The position numbers and the translations under genes are program-made. This document shows, piece after piece, positions 13,265-26,559 of a stretch of DNA of 64,000 nt (the stretch's first letter is position 1; the number at the start of each line of letters is the position of its first letter). The notes under the pieces were generated by a model. It was not told where the DNA came from. It ran no database searches and saw only the letters and a list, made by a program, of their open reading frames with translations. Origin of the DNA: Octopus sinensis (taxonomy: Eukaryota); contig NC_043007.1 of the NCBI RefSeq assembly GCF_006345805.1, positions 7,812,001 to 7,876,000 on the forward strand. The letters are read 5' to 3'.

Positions 13265-13512
13265 GTTTTGCGGTATCTAATTTGTTTCATTTCCCACAGG
13301 GGAATAAACATAGAGGAGACAAATAAGGACAGACAAAGGGATTAAGTCGATTACATCGACTCCAGTGCGTAACTGGTACTTATTTAATCGACCCCGAAAG
13401 GTTGAAAGACAAAGTCGACCTCGGCGGAATTTGAACTCAGAACGTAACGGCAGACGAAATACCGCCAAGGATTTTTACCCCGCGTGCTAACGATTCTGTC
13501 AGCTCGCCGCCT
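13265..13512 (-). mobile_element. SINE family 1 copy (long-tail variant)
   Basis: Reverse complement reads ggcggcgagctgacagaatcgttagc...gagttcaaattccgccgaggtcgac...ccctttgtctgtcctt. Confidence 0.85.
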
Positions 13513-14899
13513 AATTAAAACCCCGCACATTTTATTCTTTCAACAGCAGGAGGAGGAGGAGGCGGAAGAAGGAACAGAAAGAAATATCGTGGAGGGACGA
13601 TAAGGGTAATAATGACTCGAAATATTGTGCTACACAAATACATGTTTTGTACATTCCTCTGTCGCTGTTCATGACAGATTGGGTTTTGTTGTTTTGCTGT
13701 AGCTGCTCTTAAATATTATATCTGTTGTTGAGTTTACTGCAGTTATTGTTGATGATGATGGTAGTGGGGGTGGTTGGCAGTGACACCGCAGATGCTGCTC
13801 ATGATAAATACTGTCGCTTTTACAGCCTCCCTCTCATCAACACGATATTAATCACCATCGTTGCTTTCTCGACGACACCACCACCATCATCATAATCATC
13901 GTCACCATCGTCGTCGTTATCATTATTATCATCATTATCGGCATCATTATCATCATCATCATCATCAACAGCAGCAGCGACAGCAATATCAACATCACCG
14001 ATACAACAACCCCTAACCAATTCAATCAGCATTTGTCTCGTGTCTCAATTGTCAATGTCACAAACCCATCTACAGTTAGTTTCCGCAGAGCAGTTACGGA
14101 AATTAGTAGTAAATGAATTGTGGGAAACTGCAGTAACTCTCTTTTATGTAAAGGTCTTGGGTATTTCAAGTTGAAGGCATTCCGATAGCTGTTGAAATAA
14201 TATGAAGGCACCCCGTTTGTGACACACTCACATAAGGTTTTTCTGAAAGATATCTTATTGGACCATACATATGGCTGGAATTAACCCTTCGTCCGACCAA
14301 AGCATTTCCATGAATTTGTCTTAAACATCCATACATGTTTTCAAACTTCTAGATAGATTTTGTTTCTTACATTCTGAGTAACATAAAGCTTTCCTTTCAG
14401 GAGTTCCATATTACTCCAGTGATTAAAACGAATTGGAAACGTGTATGTGATACATGAGGGTCACGGAGGCGTTAAGATCTTCTCCAAGAATTTCAACATT
14501 ACTAAGATTGATTTGTTAAACAGCGTAAGTTGAAGATCTATTGCAAAGGAATTAAGAAATGTAAAAATCGGGATATCAAATTTAATTTACCTGATTTATT
14601 ACCTTATTTAAATAAATTATGATCAATATAAAATTGCATCAAAATTTGCATCAAATTTTTCTGAAAATTAATGTCTCTTTCAAATGGTCGTACTGCGAAA
14701 TGATGGCTTTACCGAAACGGTTTTTTAGTAAATATTTAAAGACTAAACATTGTGGCTGAAACATAGTTACATTAAATAATTATGAAGGCGAGCAAAATAT
14801 GGTGCGATATATTTAATTAATGAGAGAAAATGTTTTTCTTTAAGGATTGAAAAATTCTCTTCTGTTTAAAGAAAATGAACAACCAATAAGAAATGATCT

Positions 14900-15400
14900 C
14901 ACAATGCACTCACAAGCACAACTTTCACCTCACTCTTGCCATCGCAAATGCTTCATCACTGCCCTTATTTCTACACATTCGCACACACTCTCATATCTTC
15001 ACATCCATTCTTTCACACCACCCATATAACGATTACACAAACAACCTCTTCCTACACCAATAACCAACGCTACCCTAAACAGGCACAAACAAATGCATAA
15101 TGCATGCACCACCCTGACACAAGCCGGCTTCAAGAGACACCCTGATGTATGCATCTACACACTCGCTACTTCCTCTCTTCTTCATTACCCATGGAAAAGC
15201 ATCACCTCCCCATTTCTAACCTCTCTCTCTTTCTTTTCTCTCTCTCTCTCTTCCCTCCCCTCTCTCTCTCTCTCTTCTCACTATGCCTCTCTTTTCCTTT
15301 CCTTCTTCCAAGTGGAGAATTAACACCCGAAACGTTGAGTAACTCTCTTTCCCCATTAAGCGCTAAACTAATAATATTCCTGTCAAACTGTGCTCTACCT
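14900..15400 (+). mobile_element. Penelope-like element 3' relic
   Basis: Decayed similarity to the GIY-YIG end (TSSLLHYPWKSITSPFL), then a (CT)n tract and a residual cccGAAACGTT pLTR motif near 15330. Confidence 0.4.
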
Positions 15401-15470
15401 GTGTATTTGTGTTCATTGCATATAGACAGACAGACAGACAGATATAGATAGAGAGAGACGGAGAGAGAAT

Positions 15471-15537
<67 letters not shown>

Positions 15538-15720
15538 TATTACATGAATTGGCCTTCGCAAACGAAAGAAAGTCAAGGTGTTTATGTCTTCTCACGATTA
15601 CATACGAACCTAAAATAATTAGCGAAATTATAATCTATGTCACTAAGGCATATTCTTTCGAGGGTCACGGCTGGTTCTTAATATATGTAGTAATGCAAAA
15701 AATTATTTCAAATTACATAC

Positions 15721-16086
15721 CTTTTTCTGCAAGTCTTTCGAGACGAATTCCTTTCCAAAGAGTGAAACAGATCATTCCATATGCCATGGACATAATAAAA
15801 ATTGGTACAAGCAGTAGAACCAAATCCAACAAACTCGTATAGATCTGCTCTCCAATTTTAGCCGGCCATTTTTCTTCACACTTACTAAATGATATGTAAG
15901 GTACCAGTTTGTTGTAAGTGGCGATTGGTATTGTAATCATAGCTGACAGTGCCCAGCATATAACGATTGAGATGTAAGCGTGAGTGACTGTTTGCCAACT
16001 GCGTGACTGGAGAGGTCGGCAAATGGCGAAGTATCGTTCCAGAGAAATTGCGACCAAAGTGAAACAGCTTACGGCCACTGAAACAG
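15721..16086 (-). CDS. CCKR: internal coding exon of a cholecystokinin/gastrin/sulfakinin receptor-like class A GPCR (TM3-ICL2-TM4-ECL2-TM5-start of ICL3)
   Basis: AVSVAVSCFTLVAISLERYFAICRPLQSRSWQTVTHAY...W...P...C...LLLVPIFIMSMAYGMICFTLWKGIRLE closely matches vertebrate CCK receptor VSTFNLVAISLERYGAICKPLQSRVWQTKSHA. Acceptor: polypyrimidine ttctttctttattctttcAG ending at 16087. Donor: AAG|GTATGT at 15720. Length 366 nt, phase 1 at both ends. Confidence 0.93.
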
Positions 16087-16429
16087 CTGAAAGAATAAAG
16101 AAAGAAAGAAGCAGAGTATTAGTAAAGTTATTCTTCATTCAGAGATTTCTTGTTAGAATATATACAAATGTAGGAAGGTGTTGAAGTAAATGAAAAGCTA
16201 AATGCCTACTCGATTGTTTGTTGTTTCTTACCAAAATGTTCTGAATATAAATCTTTGATCTTTCATCCTCGTAGTGGAACATTAACAGAGCAGCCGACAG
16301 TGTTGGAATATAAAAAGAGAGCAGTGTTTTAATGCTTTGCTAGAAGCACACAGTCTTTATTCGTGCGAATACGAGAAGCGTAAGAGTGTCAGGTTAAACT
16401 GTTGCTGACGGTATGTTGCTGCTGCTGTT

Positions 16430-16779
16430 GAGCGAACGGTCTTCGTCCCAGAGCTCGCAAGATGGGAGAAGTCCGAAACGTGGTCCTTTGCTATTCGTAA
16501 GATCCGCAGAAGAGAAAGCAGGTCAACCCCCGGCACCGAGAGCATCGGCGGATGGATGAATGCGCATCCAGGCTCAGCGGTTGCGTAGGAAGTCGGGGAC
16601 AAGAAACAGGAAGAAAGAGTGAGAGAAAGTTGGGGCGAAAAAGTACAAAAGTACACCACCCCCTGCCGGAGCCTCGTGGAGCTTTTAGATGTTTTCGCTC
16701 AATAAACACACACAACGCCCGGACTGGAAATCGAAACCGCGAGTCTGCTGCCCTAAACACTGGGCCATTGCGCCTCCAC
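16430..16779 (-). mobile_element. tRNA-derived SINE, family 4
   Basis: Minus-strand head gtggaggcgcaatggcccagtg...gtttcgatttcc; body nearly identical to 19975-20325; short deletion in the anticodon-arm region. Confidence 0.85.
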
Positions 16780-16782
16780 TGC

Positions 16783-17145
16783 TCTGAGGTCAAATTTCGA
16801 TGAGGTCAGTTTTGCTTTTCTTTCTCCCTTCCATGATTGACAACTTGAAGTACAGTACTTAATGCTGAAAGCTTTTTCTTACAGCTTTCTGAGTTCAAAT
16901 CCCGCTGAGGCCAATTTAATGCTTTTTTCACCTTTCCATGATTGATAAATACTTTATTTTACAATATTGTAATCGGCTCAAATTCCGCCGAGGTCCACTT
17001 TGCCTTTCATCTATTTGGGGTCGATTAAAAATGTACCTGTTACGCACTGGGGCCGATGTAATCGACTTAATCCCTTTGTCTGTCCTTGTTTGACCCCTCT
17101 ATGTTTAGTCCCTGTGGGCAATAAAGAAATAAATATTTTAATCGG
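16783..17145 (+). mobile_element. cluster of SINE family 1 fragments (three partial heads, one long tail)
   Basis: Repeated gagttcaaat...ccgc(t/c)gagg...tttgc units, ending ...ccctttgtctgtccttgtttgacccctctatgtttag. Confidence 0.8.
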
Positions 17146-17511
17146 CCAAAGTCCTTCCCCGGAAATATATGGCCTTATGTCAGTGTTAGTAACCAATGTT
17201 ATAAAACTTCCTTTTAAAGTCAGTTGTCGAATCACCATCGCAAGTGGATGTCTTCGATTCTAGTATATTCCTGATAAATATTCAGTGTCGACATAGTAAA
17301 TATTAGTCACGATTTGGGGGTCCCTTCTAATAGCTGACCTTTTATCTTTGCCAAAAGTAATTATTAGAACAGATAAGTGAGGTAAAGAGACAAAATGAAG
17401 CAGTATATATATATATAGGGAGAGTTTACGAAAAAAAAAAACGAATGACGAAGACAGGTGGTGTACAAAACAAACAGATGTATTAGTATAACGCTCAGGA
17501 ATAGAAAAAGT

Positions 17512-17547
17512 CTTTTACGTTTCGAGCCTACGCTCTTCTACAGAAAG
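17512..17547 (-). ncRNA. minimal type I hammerhead-like motif with variant core, in a PLE-derived repeat (about 17405-17610)
   Basis: CUUU CUGUAGA A GAGC-GUAG-GCUC GAAA CG UA/ AAAG: stems I and II pair, palindromic ACGU stem III, U instead of A6. Confidence 0.55.
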
Positions 17548-17625
17548 GGGCACAGAAAAAACAAGGAGAGAAAAAATGTATGTAGTGGCTAACGATCTAT
17601 CATGGCGATCTATCATATATATATA

Positions 17626-17672
<47 letters not shown>

Positions 17673-18603
17673 ATATATAGGGATACTGAAACAGTTACCC
17701 TTACGTTTTAAAAACATTCATAAGAAACATTCCACTGTGATATTTATTAATTATATACTCAAAATGAATTCAACTAGAAAGACTCGAAGCAGCCTTCCGA
17801 ACAGCTAGTCCTCTCTCAAATCACACTTACATCTTGAAAAATAACGTGATACTTTAGATAATGTGGTCCTAGATAACTATAAATAGACATGTTTGTCATG
17901 GTTGGAATAATTTTGAGTATCGGTTTGCTCGGATGTGAATTGCAGCTAAACAAATGGAAAGAAGCTGTGTAGTTAGGAAGATCTCATGGAAAGTATGTGA
18001 TTTCGAGTTCAATCTCATTGCACTCTACCTCAAGCTAGTAATTTCTCCCATAACTTTGGATCGATAAAAGCCTTGTAAATTAAATTTTGCAGCGGAGAAA
18101 CCCTATGAAAATCTGTCAGAGGCACCCTGAAGAGTGGAGGTATCAGTTTTCTGGTTGACGATCACCATCAGGCCATTGGCTACCTTTTGTGGAACCATTC
18201 TTCATAAGTCACCCACCTTCAGCCGATCGTCCCTGGGTCCCTATACAAGTGCCATTGCTCTTCCTCTGTTAGCTACACCGTTAAAACAAAGTAGAACAAG
18301 GGGTAAACTTGAGAAGAATCGAACCTGCAACCCACTTTCTGCTTCCAATCAGAAGCTGTATATTTTCACTGCAATCATGATTACTTTGCTAATTCCTTTT
18401 TTCCCTGAAATCTATCGATCTGTTTAGTCATTCATCGATAGCAATCATCTCTAAAGAATAGAAATAAATATTTTATCGAAAGTGACTATCTTGATGCGCG
18501 CGCACACACACATACAGACACTCATTTATATGTGTGTGCGCGTATCTATGAGTATATGTATGTGTGTTTATACATACACGCACACACACATATATATATG
18601 TAT

Positions 18604-18647
<44 letters not shown>

Positions 18648-19539
18648 ATATATAAATAGATATAGATAGAGATATAAATATATATATATATATATATACA
18701 TAGCTAGAAATAGATATATGTATACACATACACACACGCACACACATACACACATACATACACTCACAGACATATATGTATATGTGTGAATGTATAAAAA
18801 TACCTGTGTGAGAGAGCGTGTGTGTAGATGAGATGCATAGAGTGTAAATATATCCATTTGTATGTTAATTATAGAGTCTTGCCTTAAATTACCGAATTCA
18901 ACGCGAAAAGAAAACAAATTTGTTCGTAATATTTCGATAAGAACTTTCATATTTTCCACTTGTAGAAACCAAGACAATTATTAGACATTTTTATCATTTC
19001 TCCGGATGTAGCTATGATTTTTTTTTATTCTTTCCCTAAAAAAAAACAACAAAATTTTTTTATGAAGGCAAAACTGATATCTATAATCACATTAATTCTA
19101 AATTCACTGTAATTGAGCTTCTGTAAATATATCTTTATCTGAAACCGAAACACTCCTCACCTTTGGTGTTACTTGAGTAGTTCCATAACCCGCTCAGCCA
19201 CTCACACCACCAACCCTTTCACAGCAGGAATGAAACAAGAAACAGTCGTGTGAGAGGCTGAGTCGATTCGGGGTCAGACAATGGAGTCTCTGCTCCCCCC
19301 TCCACCCCATCGCTTAATGTTATTGCTATCATTTTATATGGCGTTAATATGTCTCGGTTGGTTTCTGTGTTGAACCAAGGAGTTTCTACACGATCGCTCG
19401 ACTCACCAAAAATAGCAGCCAAATCTCCTTCAAATCATATCCTACCGTCTTAAACAAGGGATTTATTGGGCTATCTACGAAATGCTCACGAATGGAACGC
19501 CTTTCATCATAGCTCTGTTTTTTCTATATTTCTTTTCAG

Positions 19540-19700
19540 TACTGATGTGGAGCTAAGCAGCGACATTTTGGCCGTCTTCACATCCTAAGTTCAAATTCCG
19601 CCGAGGTTCACTTTGCCTTTCATCTTTTCGGGGTCAAAGAAAATCGACTTATCCATCCCAATACCCTGAAATTGCTGGCCTTGTGCCAACATTTGAAATT
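19540..19700 (+). mobile_element. SINE family 1 copy (decayed)
   Basis: agttcaaattccgccgaggtt...ctttgcctttcatc...ggggtc...aaattgctggccttgtgcc. Confidence 0.7.
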
Positions 19701-19974
19701 AGAACACCAGAGAAAAAATGCCTAGCAGCATTCCGTCCGTCTACATGCTCTGAATTCAAATTCGGCCGAAGTCGATAGAATTAGTAGCAGCTGAGCATCG
19801 GGGTCAGTGAAATCCATGAACCCTTTCCCCTTAATTTCGGACGTTATTCTGGAAAATGTTGACAAAAAGTAAAAGAAAAACAGTTCCGTTGATAATTGAA
19901 GATGTTGACGTTGTTGTTAGGGTGGTGGAGATGTTGGTGATGCTGCTGCTGCTGATGATGATGATGATGTTGAT

Positions 19975-20325
19975 GTAGAGCGAAGCGGTCTTCTGTTGTA
20001 AGAGAAGTCCGAAACGTGGTCCTCGTAAGACCCGCAGAAGAGAGAGCAGGTCAACCCCCGACATCGAGAGCATCGACGGATGGATGAATGCGCATCCAGG
20101 CTAAGCGGTTGCGTAGGAAGTCGGGGACAAGAAACAGGAAGAAAGAGTGAGAGAAAGTTGGAGCGAAAGAGTACAACAGGGGTCACCACCATCCCCTGCC
20201 GGAGGCTTGTGGAGCTTTAGGTGTTTTCGCTCAATAAACACACACAACGCCCGGTCTGGGAATCGAAACCGCGATCCTCCGACCGCGAGTCCGCTGCCCT
20301 AACCATTGGGCCATTGCGCCTCCAC
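19975..20325 (-). mobile_element. tRNA-derived SINE, family 4, complete head
   Basis: Head GGAGGCGCAATGGCCCAATGGTTAGGGCAGCGGACTCGCGGTCGGAGGATCGCGGTTTCGATTCCCAGACC with A and B boxes; trinucleotide tail. Confidence 0.88.
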
Positions 20326-20747
20326 TGCTGCTGCTGCTGCTGGTAGCGATGATGGTGAAGGTATTGTTGTAGTTCGTGGTGATGGTGTTGTGTCTTCAGA
20401 TGTGGTGGTAGTGGTAGTGGTGGTGGTAACGTTGTTATTGAGTATTGTTGTTGTTGTTGTTGTTGTTGTCACTCTAATTGAAGCAATGAAGACCTACACT
20501 CAACAATGACGAAATAACTCAATGAATTAGAACTAAAAGACATTTTAGCTGCTTTTTGTTTTTTGTTTTTTTTGTGTCCGTTTTCGTTACAATTTTGTTA
20601 TTGTTTTTGTTGTTGGTTGTTTTGCTTTCATTTTTTGTATTTTGCTAAGGTTTTTATTCTTTGTTATTTTTTTATTTTAGAATAGTTTTTAAGAAACTTT
20701 TGTTGCAAGTTGTAATCTTTTTGCTTTTCTATACATTTTCGCCATCA

Positions 20748-21105
20748 TTACCTCCACCTTAGCGAAGGCGGAGGTATTGTTTTCAGTCGTGTTTGTTTGC
20801 TTGTTTGTCCATGGACAAGATATCTCAAGAACCGCTGGATGGATTCTGATGAAACTTTCGGGGATGTTTGGTCTCATGACTGGTACAAACTGATTAGATT
20901 TTGGGATCGATCTGGTATCGGACAAGGATTCTGGATTATTTTTCCGCTTTTTTTAAACTTAATTTTTGAGATCGGTCGGGTTCGTTTTTCGTCTTCTCGT
21001 TTGTGAGAGAAGTCGAGTTTATTTCCGATATTCTCGTTTTAAAACTCATCTACGGCTGATCCTTGAGAGGACGTTGGTGTTGCCTTGGCAGAGGTTTATT
21101 TTCCA
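20748..21105 (+). mobile_element. non-autonomous Helentron/DINE-1-like element
   Basis: Starts ttACCTCCACC-ttagcgaa-GGCGGAGGT (5' hairpin), then a gttt microsatellite, gatggattctgatgaaactt, and a matching subterminal repeat ccttggcagaggt at 21083-21095. Confidence 0.55.
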
Positions 21106-21617
21106 TGTGTGCGTGTGTAAATGCGTGTATTTGCATATGGGTGCGTATGGTGAGCTTACGTGTGTATGCGTATGTCTTTCTGTGTGTGGCTTTCTCTATG
21201 TATAATTGTTTGCAGTTGTATATGTTTGTATATATACGTATACGGTGTGTTTGTGTATGTATATGGATGTAAGAGAGAGATAGACTGCGGGTATGTGTAT
21301 GTATGTGTATGTATGTGTGAATGTTTGTAGGACTGTATACGAGTATATGTTTGTGTATTACTGTGTGTGTGTTTGTGTATTTGTGCATGTTTGTGAATGC
21401 ATTGAAAAGAGAGTGTATGACACGAAGATTTGAATTACTTCTAAGACATCGTTTTTATATTCATCCATTACAAACGGTGTTGGCTGAAAATCTAGTCGTA
21501 AATTCTAGAGTACAGTATAGATTTCTAAAGACACAAAGCAACGTTAATGTTCCACTGTATATCAGTATATACAAACACACAGACACGCATATATCTATGT
21601 TTGTGTGTTTATGCATG

Positions 21618-22007
<390 letters not shown>

Positions 22008-22599
22008 TATGTAATATATATATATATATATATATATACGTATGAAATACATGTGTGTGCGCGTTTGTGTAGGTGTGTATGTGAGAGAGAGAATTTTTCT
22101 GCCAACCTGAAATTCTCTGTTACTCATCGATTCATATTAACAAGAATTTGTTTTGTTCTTCTGTTTCCATTTTTTCCTAATAAAGAAGAAACCATGCAAC
22201 ACCCAACTTCTTTTCCTTCTTTTATTGCTTTGTTTTTTCTTCCTCTTATTTCTTTCAAACCTTTAAAGTGTGCTAAAATTATTGCATAAAATAACACCAG
22301 CTTTATATTCTAAATACAAGTGATTGTAAAAGCACTTTGGCTGGATCGTTAAGAAGTTTGCTTCGCAATCACAAAGATCTTGGTTTCCATCCCTTTGTGT
22401 GGCATTTGACCACAATGCTACGAAGCAGTTTTTCTGACGCTCTAACGATTCTAATAGTTTGTCACAAATCTATAATGTACAATCGAAAATATTTCGGTCG
22501 TATGATATTTAGCATTACTTTAATATTATCAACCGAAACTACTCGACTTTAATTAAGAATTGCTTCTGACACAGACACAAGATTTTAAATTTTGGAGAA

Positions 22600-23110
22600 C
22601 GAGAATAGTCGATGAAAATGACTCTGTACTTCAGTGGTACTTTATCTCATCACCTCCGGCGGGATGCAAGGTAAAGCGAAACTTGTCGTGATTTGAAATC
22701 AGGAAACATAAAGAGCTGACTAAATATCGCAAGGTTTTTTGTTCGACGCTCTAACATTTCTACCAATCAACTGCCCTAAAAAAGAAAGACAAAGTTGACA
22801 TGGTATGAATTGAACTGAAAGCAGATTGAATCAGAAAAGACTCCATAAGGACGTTTAGTCACGTTCTATTGAATCTACAAATATGATCTCTGCTAATAAG
22901 AATTGTTTCTGAAACAAGCACAAGGCCTCGAAGACAGGTTATTCGGTTATATCGATTCCATTACTCGGGTAATACTTTATCTTATTGACCCCTGAAGGAT
23001 AAAAGACAAGATTGGCCCGTATAAGATTTAAACTCAGCACGAAATGAAGCCGTAACTAAATACCGGAAGGCATTTCGTCGGACGCTCAAGCAACGATTCT
23101 GCTAATTAAC
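22600..23110 (-). mobile_element. cluster of decayed SINE family 1 copies
   Basis: Repeated ggtactttat...gac...gatttgaa(a/c)tcag...ctaacatttctacc / aacgattctgcta motifs on the reverse strand. Confidence 0.6.
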
Positions 23111-23391
23111 CACACTTGATATTCAATAATAATGCTCTTAAGACGATAAAATTATGTGAAAGGAAAATAAAATTAGCACTAGCAAAATAAATAAGCTTCA
23201 ATCCGGAAATGAACGAATGTGATTAATAATGCTATATCTTAATAAGACGGTCGCTAAGTGAGAATCTGTCGGCTGCAGCTGTTCGATCACTCTCGAATGA
23301 GCAGACGATGTGTTTGACTGCATGGCAATACACGGTTATAAGGAATACCATTACGCATTCTCACATATTTTTGCGTGTACATTTATATATA

Positions 23392-23433
<42 letters not shown>

Positions 23434-23896
23434 TGTGTGTGTGTATTACGATACAGATATATTCAAACAAATAAGTAGATATGCTTATATACGTAATACC
23501 TACACACAAATGTTTTCGTATAGATATCGTTACATACACATTAACGAATGGCAATATTTTCACATACATACAGATATTTGTGCATACGTATATGCTTCAA
23601 AATAACAACACACACGCATACACTCACTAACATACAAACTAACAAATACACAAGTATATAAATCTATACACACTTGCATGTGTGTACACTCTAAAATAAA
23701 CAATTATACTGATATACGACAATCTATGCAAATGTATATACGTGCGTATGTGTATGCGTATGATTGTATGTATATATACATATATATACAATTGTCTATG
23801 TACAATTACGGATATATATATCTGTGTATATATATACATATATACATATGTATATGTACAAAGAATATATATATATCTGTGTATATATATATACAT

Positions 23897-23946
<50 letters not shown>

Positions 23947-23972
23947 TTTGATACTTTGATACTTTGATACTT

Positions 23973-24012
<40 letters not shown>

Positions 24013-24064
24013 GTTTAAATATTTATTGGCTAAACTGGCAATATGACCATTCCGAAATATAACA

Positions 24065-24115
<51 letters not shown>

Positions 24116-24162
24116 ATATATATATATATAATATATATATATTATATATATATAATATATAT

Positions 24163-24217
<55 letters not shown>

Positions 24218-24376
24218 ATATATATAATCAAAAATAAGCAACAGGAATGAATCCGGTAATTTAGTACAATTGTTTCATGCCGAGAATTTTCAGCTAATTT
24301 TATATAGGATTTCCAATAACGTGTATGTATATATATATATATATAGACACACACATACATACTTACATATAGTGAA

Positions 24377-24416
<40 letters not shown>

Positions 24417-24884
24417 AATGTTTTGCATAATAAGATAAAAAGCCAAGGTTATGTAGATATTACAGCATTTATAGATAGGAGGTCTTACAGCTGTTTCCAG
24501 GATATTTATTAATTATATCCCTTCATCAGAGACGGTGTGAGAGGATGGTTAAGTAATAGTTAGTTTAGATGTGATACAAAATAGAGAGTGAGGTGGAGGA
24601 AAGAAAATAGATGCAAGATATGTATGAAGTTGTAAATCCATTTTAGAGGCATAATGGTATATATGCAATATTCCAATATCCTATGAGTTTATAAGCAATG
24701 TAAGATTCCCTTGGCTTTTTATCTTATTACGCAAAGAAAATTCTTGTATACACACACTGGCATAGAACCAACATTGAACCCTTTATTCGCAATATTACCG
24801 AATCTGGAACTTAACTATGGTCTGTCTATAGCACTTATTCAGCTTTACCTGACACCTTTGAATCTCAATGACACCATTATCTCT

Positions 24885-25014
<130 letters not shown>

Positions 25015-25058
25015 TTCACTATATGTATGTATGTATGTGTGTGTCTATATATATATAT

Positions 25059-25094
<36 letters not shown>

Positions 25095-26132
25095 TCGTAT
25101 ATATAATAAGAAGAAATGCGAAAGTGAACGTCAGTGTGTCACACTTTTTCAGCTTTACTCCTCTGACCCCCTCTCTCACTATTCTATGGCATTTCTACTG
25201 TTCCTCATGCTTTACCCCTCTCTCACTATTCAATGACTCTTCTACTAATTTTCATTCTTGTTTTGTTTCTGTTTTTTTCTTAATCCTAACATTTTGAAAA
25301 AATCTTTCTCTGAATATTATAATTGTATCAAGTAATTTAACCATAACAAGTTCTTCAAAACGTTCGGAACTGAAATTCGTATTGAACTCCCTCTCTCATA
25401 CAATGTTGCCTCTCATAACTCTCTACCATAAAAATGCTGGAAATTTAGTATTTTTTCAGATATTAATAAAATTTGTCGGACCTATTTCATACCGTCGGAG
25501 CAATGGAAACTTAGCGCTCTCCGACTGCACGAAAATAGTTTCGACTAATTTTATTATTACCTTAAAAATACTAAAATATACAAAATTTCAGACATATTTA
25601 TTGTCAAATACGTTTAGAGCAAATCCAAACCATAAAAATCGCACTTTAAAATAGTGTTTAGTCACTGTGGTGTAATTTGCCTTCAAACTACGAACTGGAG
25701 TTTATATAAGTACCAGTTATTATAAATAATTGTTTGTACGAAAAGGCCGTGTGTACATGGAATGGTCTTTAAATTAAGTGGCAGCAGAAGAATTATCGTC
25801 GAATTTTTAAAGGGTAAGTTTATTGTTGCCTATGGCCAGCTATATATTGGTTATTCAAGTGTAAGGAATGGAAACAAGCTATTTGTACTGACCCCGAATG
25901 GAAAAACAAAAAAAATGTTGTTTATCATTCAGCTTTGCAATAAGTTCCAAATCGACAAATTATATCATTGTTTTGATGGAAATTGTTCATTGCTTGAAAA
26001 ATATTGGTCGAGTTTAATAAAATTTAATATGTACTCAGTGCATGAAGTGTCATTGTAGGGCCCAAAGCCTAATGAAGATCCTTCCGTAGGAGCTAGCTTA
26101 AGCGTTGCCGAATCGGGCGGCTTTTAAGCTTG
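25095..26132 (+). mobile_element. non-autonomous Helitron retaining the PIF1 helicase C-terminus
   Basis: Proposed 5' A|TC start (tcgtatatataataagaagaaatgcg). YGQLYIGYSSVRNGNKLFVLTPNGKTK resembles Helitron HGQLYV..SRV.....L.V..P.GKTKN. 3' hairpin gccg-aatcggg-cggc, then CTTG|T (CTAG variant). Confidence 0.7.
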
Positions 26133-26305
26133 TATATAAATAAATATGCATGACTGTATGCTTATAATGTATATAGATAAAAAGTAGACAGATATATTTA
26201 CAGACAGATACAGACAGACAAATAAATCGATAGATAGATAGATATATAGATAGATAGATAGATACTATGTGCGAGTGAGTGTGCGTGCGCGTGTTTGTGT
26301 GTGTG

Positions 26306-26354
<49 letters not shown>

Positions 26355-26559
26355 TGTGTGTGTGTGGTGTGTGTGTGAGCATAAATACGTGTATGTATAT
26401 GTTTATCGTGTGCTTGCGTTTCTGCTAGTTTATTAAAACTCTGAAACAGTGTTTACATTTCAATAACAAGCTTTGCGTAACGGAAGGCAAACAGTTTAGT
26501 GCTGAACCAAAATATTTACCGTCCAAAGTAATTGTTTACTTTCTGTGCATTCCCTTACA

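Noticed and set aside
16455-20050. GAAACGUGGUC...CAGAAGA in SINE family 4 as a type II hammerhead
   Set aside because: Core U4 is absent and stem II cannot form in either copy.
26050-26105. CUAAUGA-AGAUCCU...AGGAGC-UAGCUUAAGC near the Helitron 3' end
   Set aside because: No GAAA and an altered core; it lies in the Helitron terminus.
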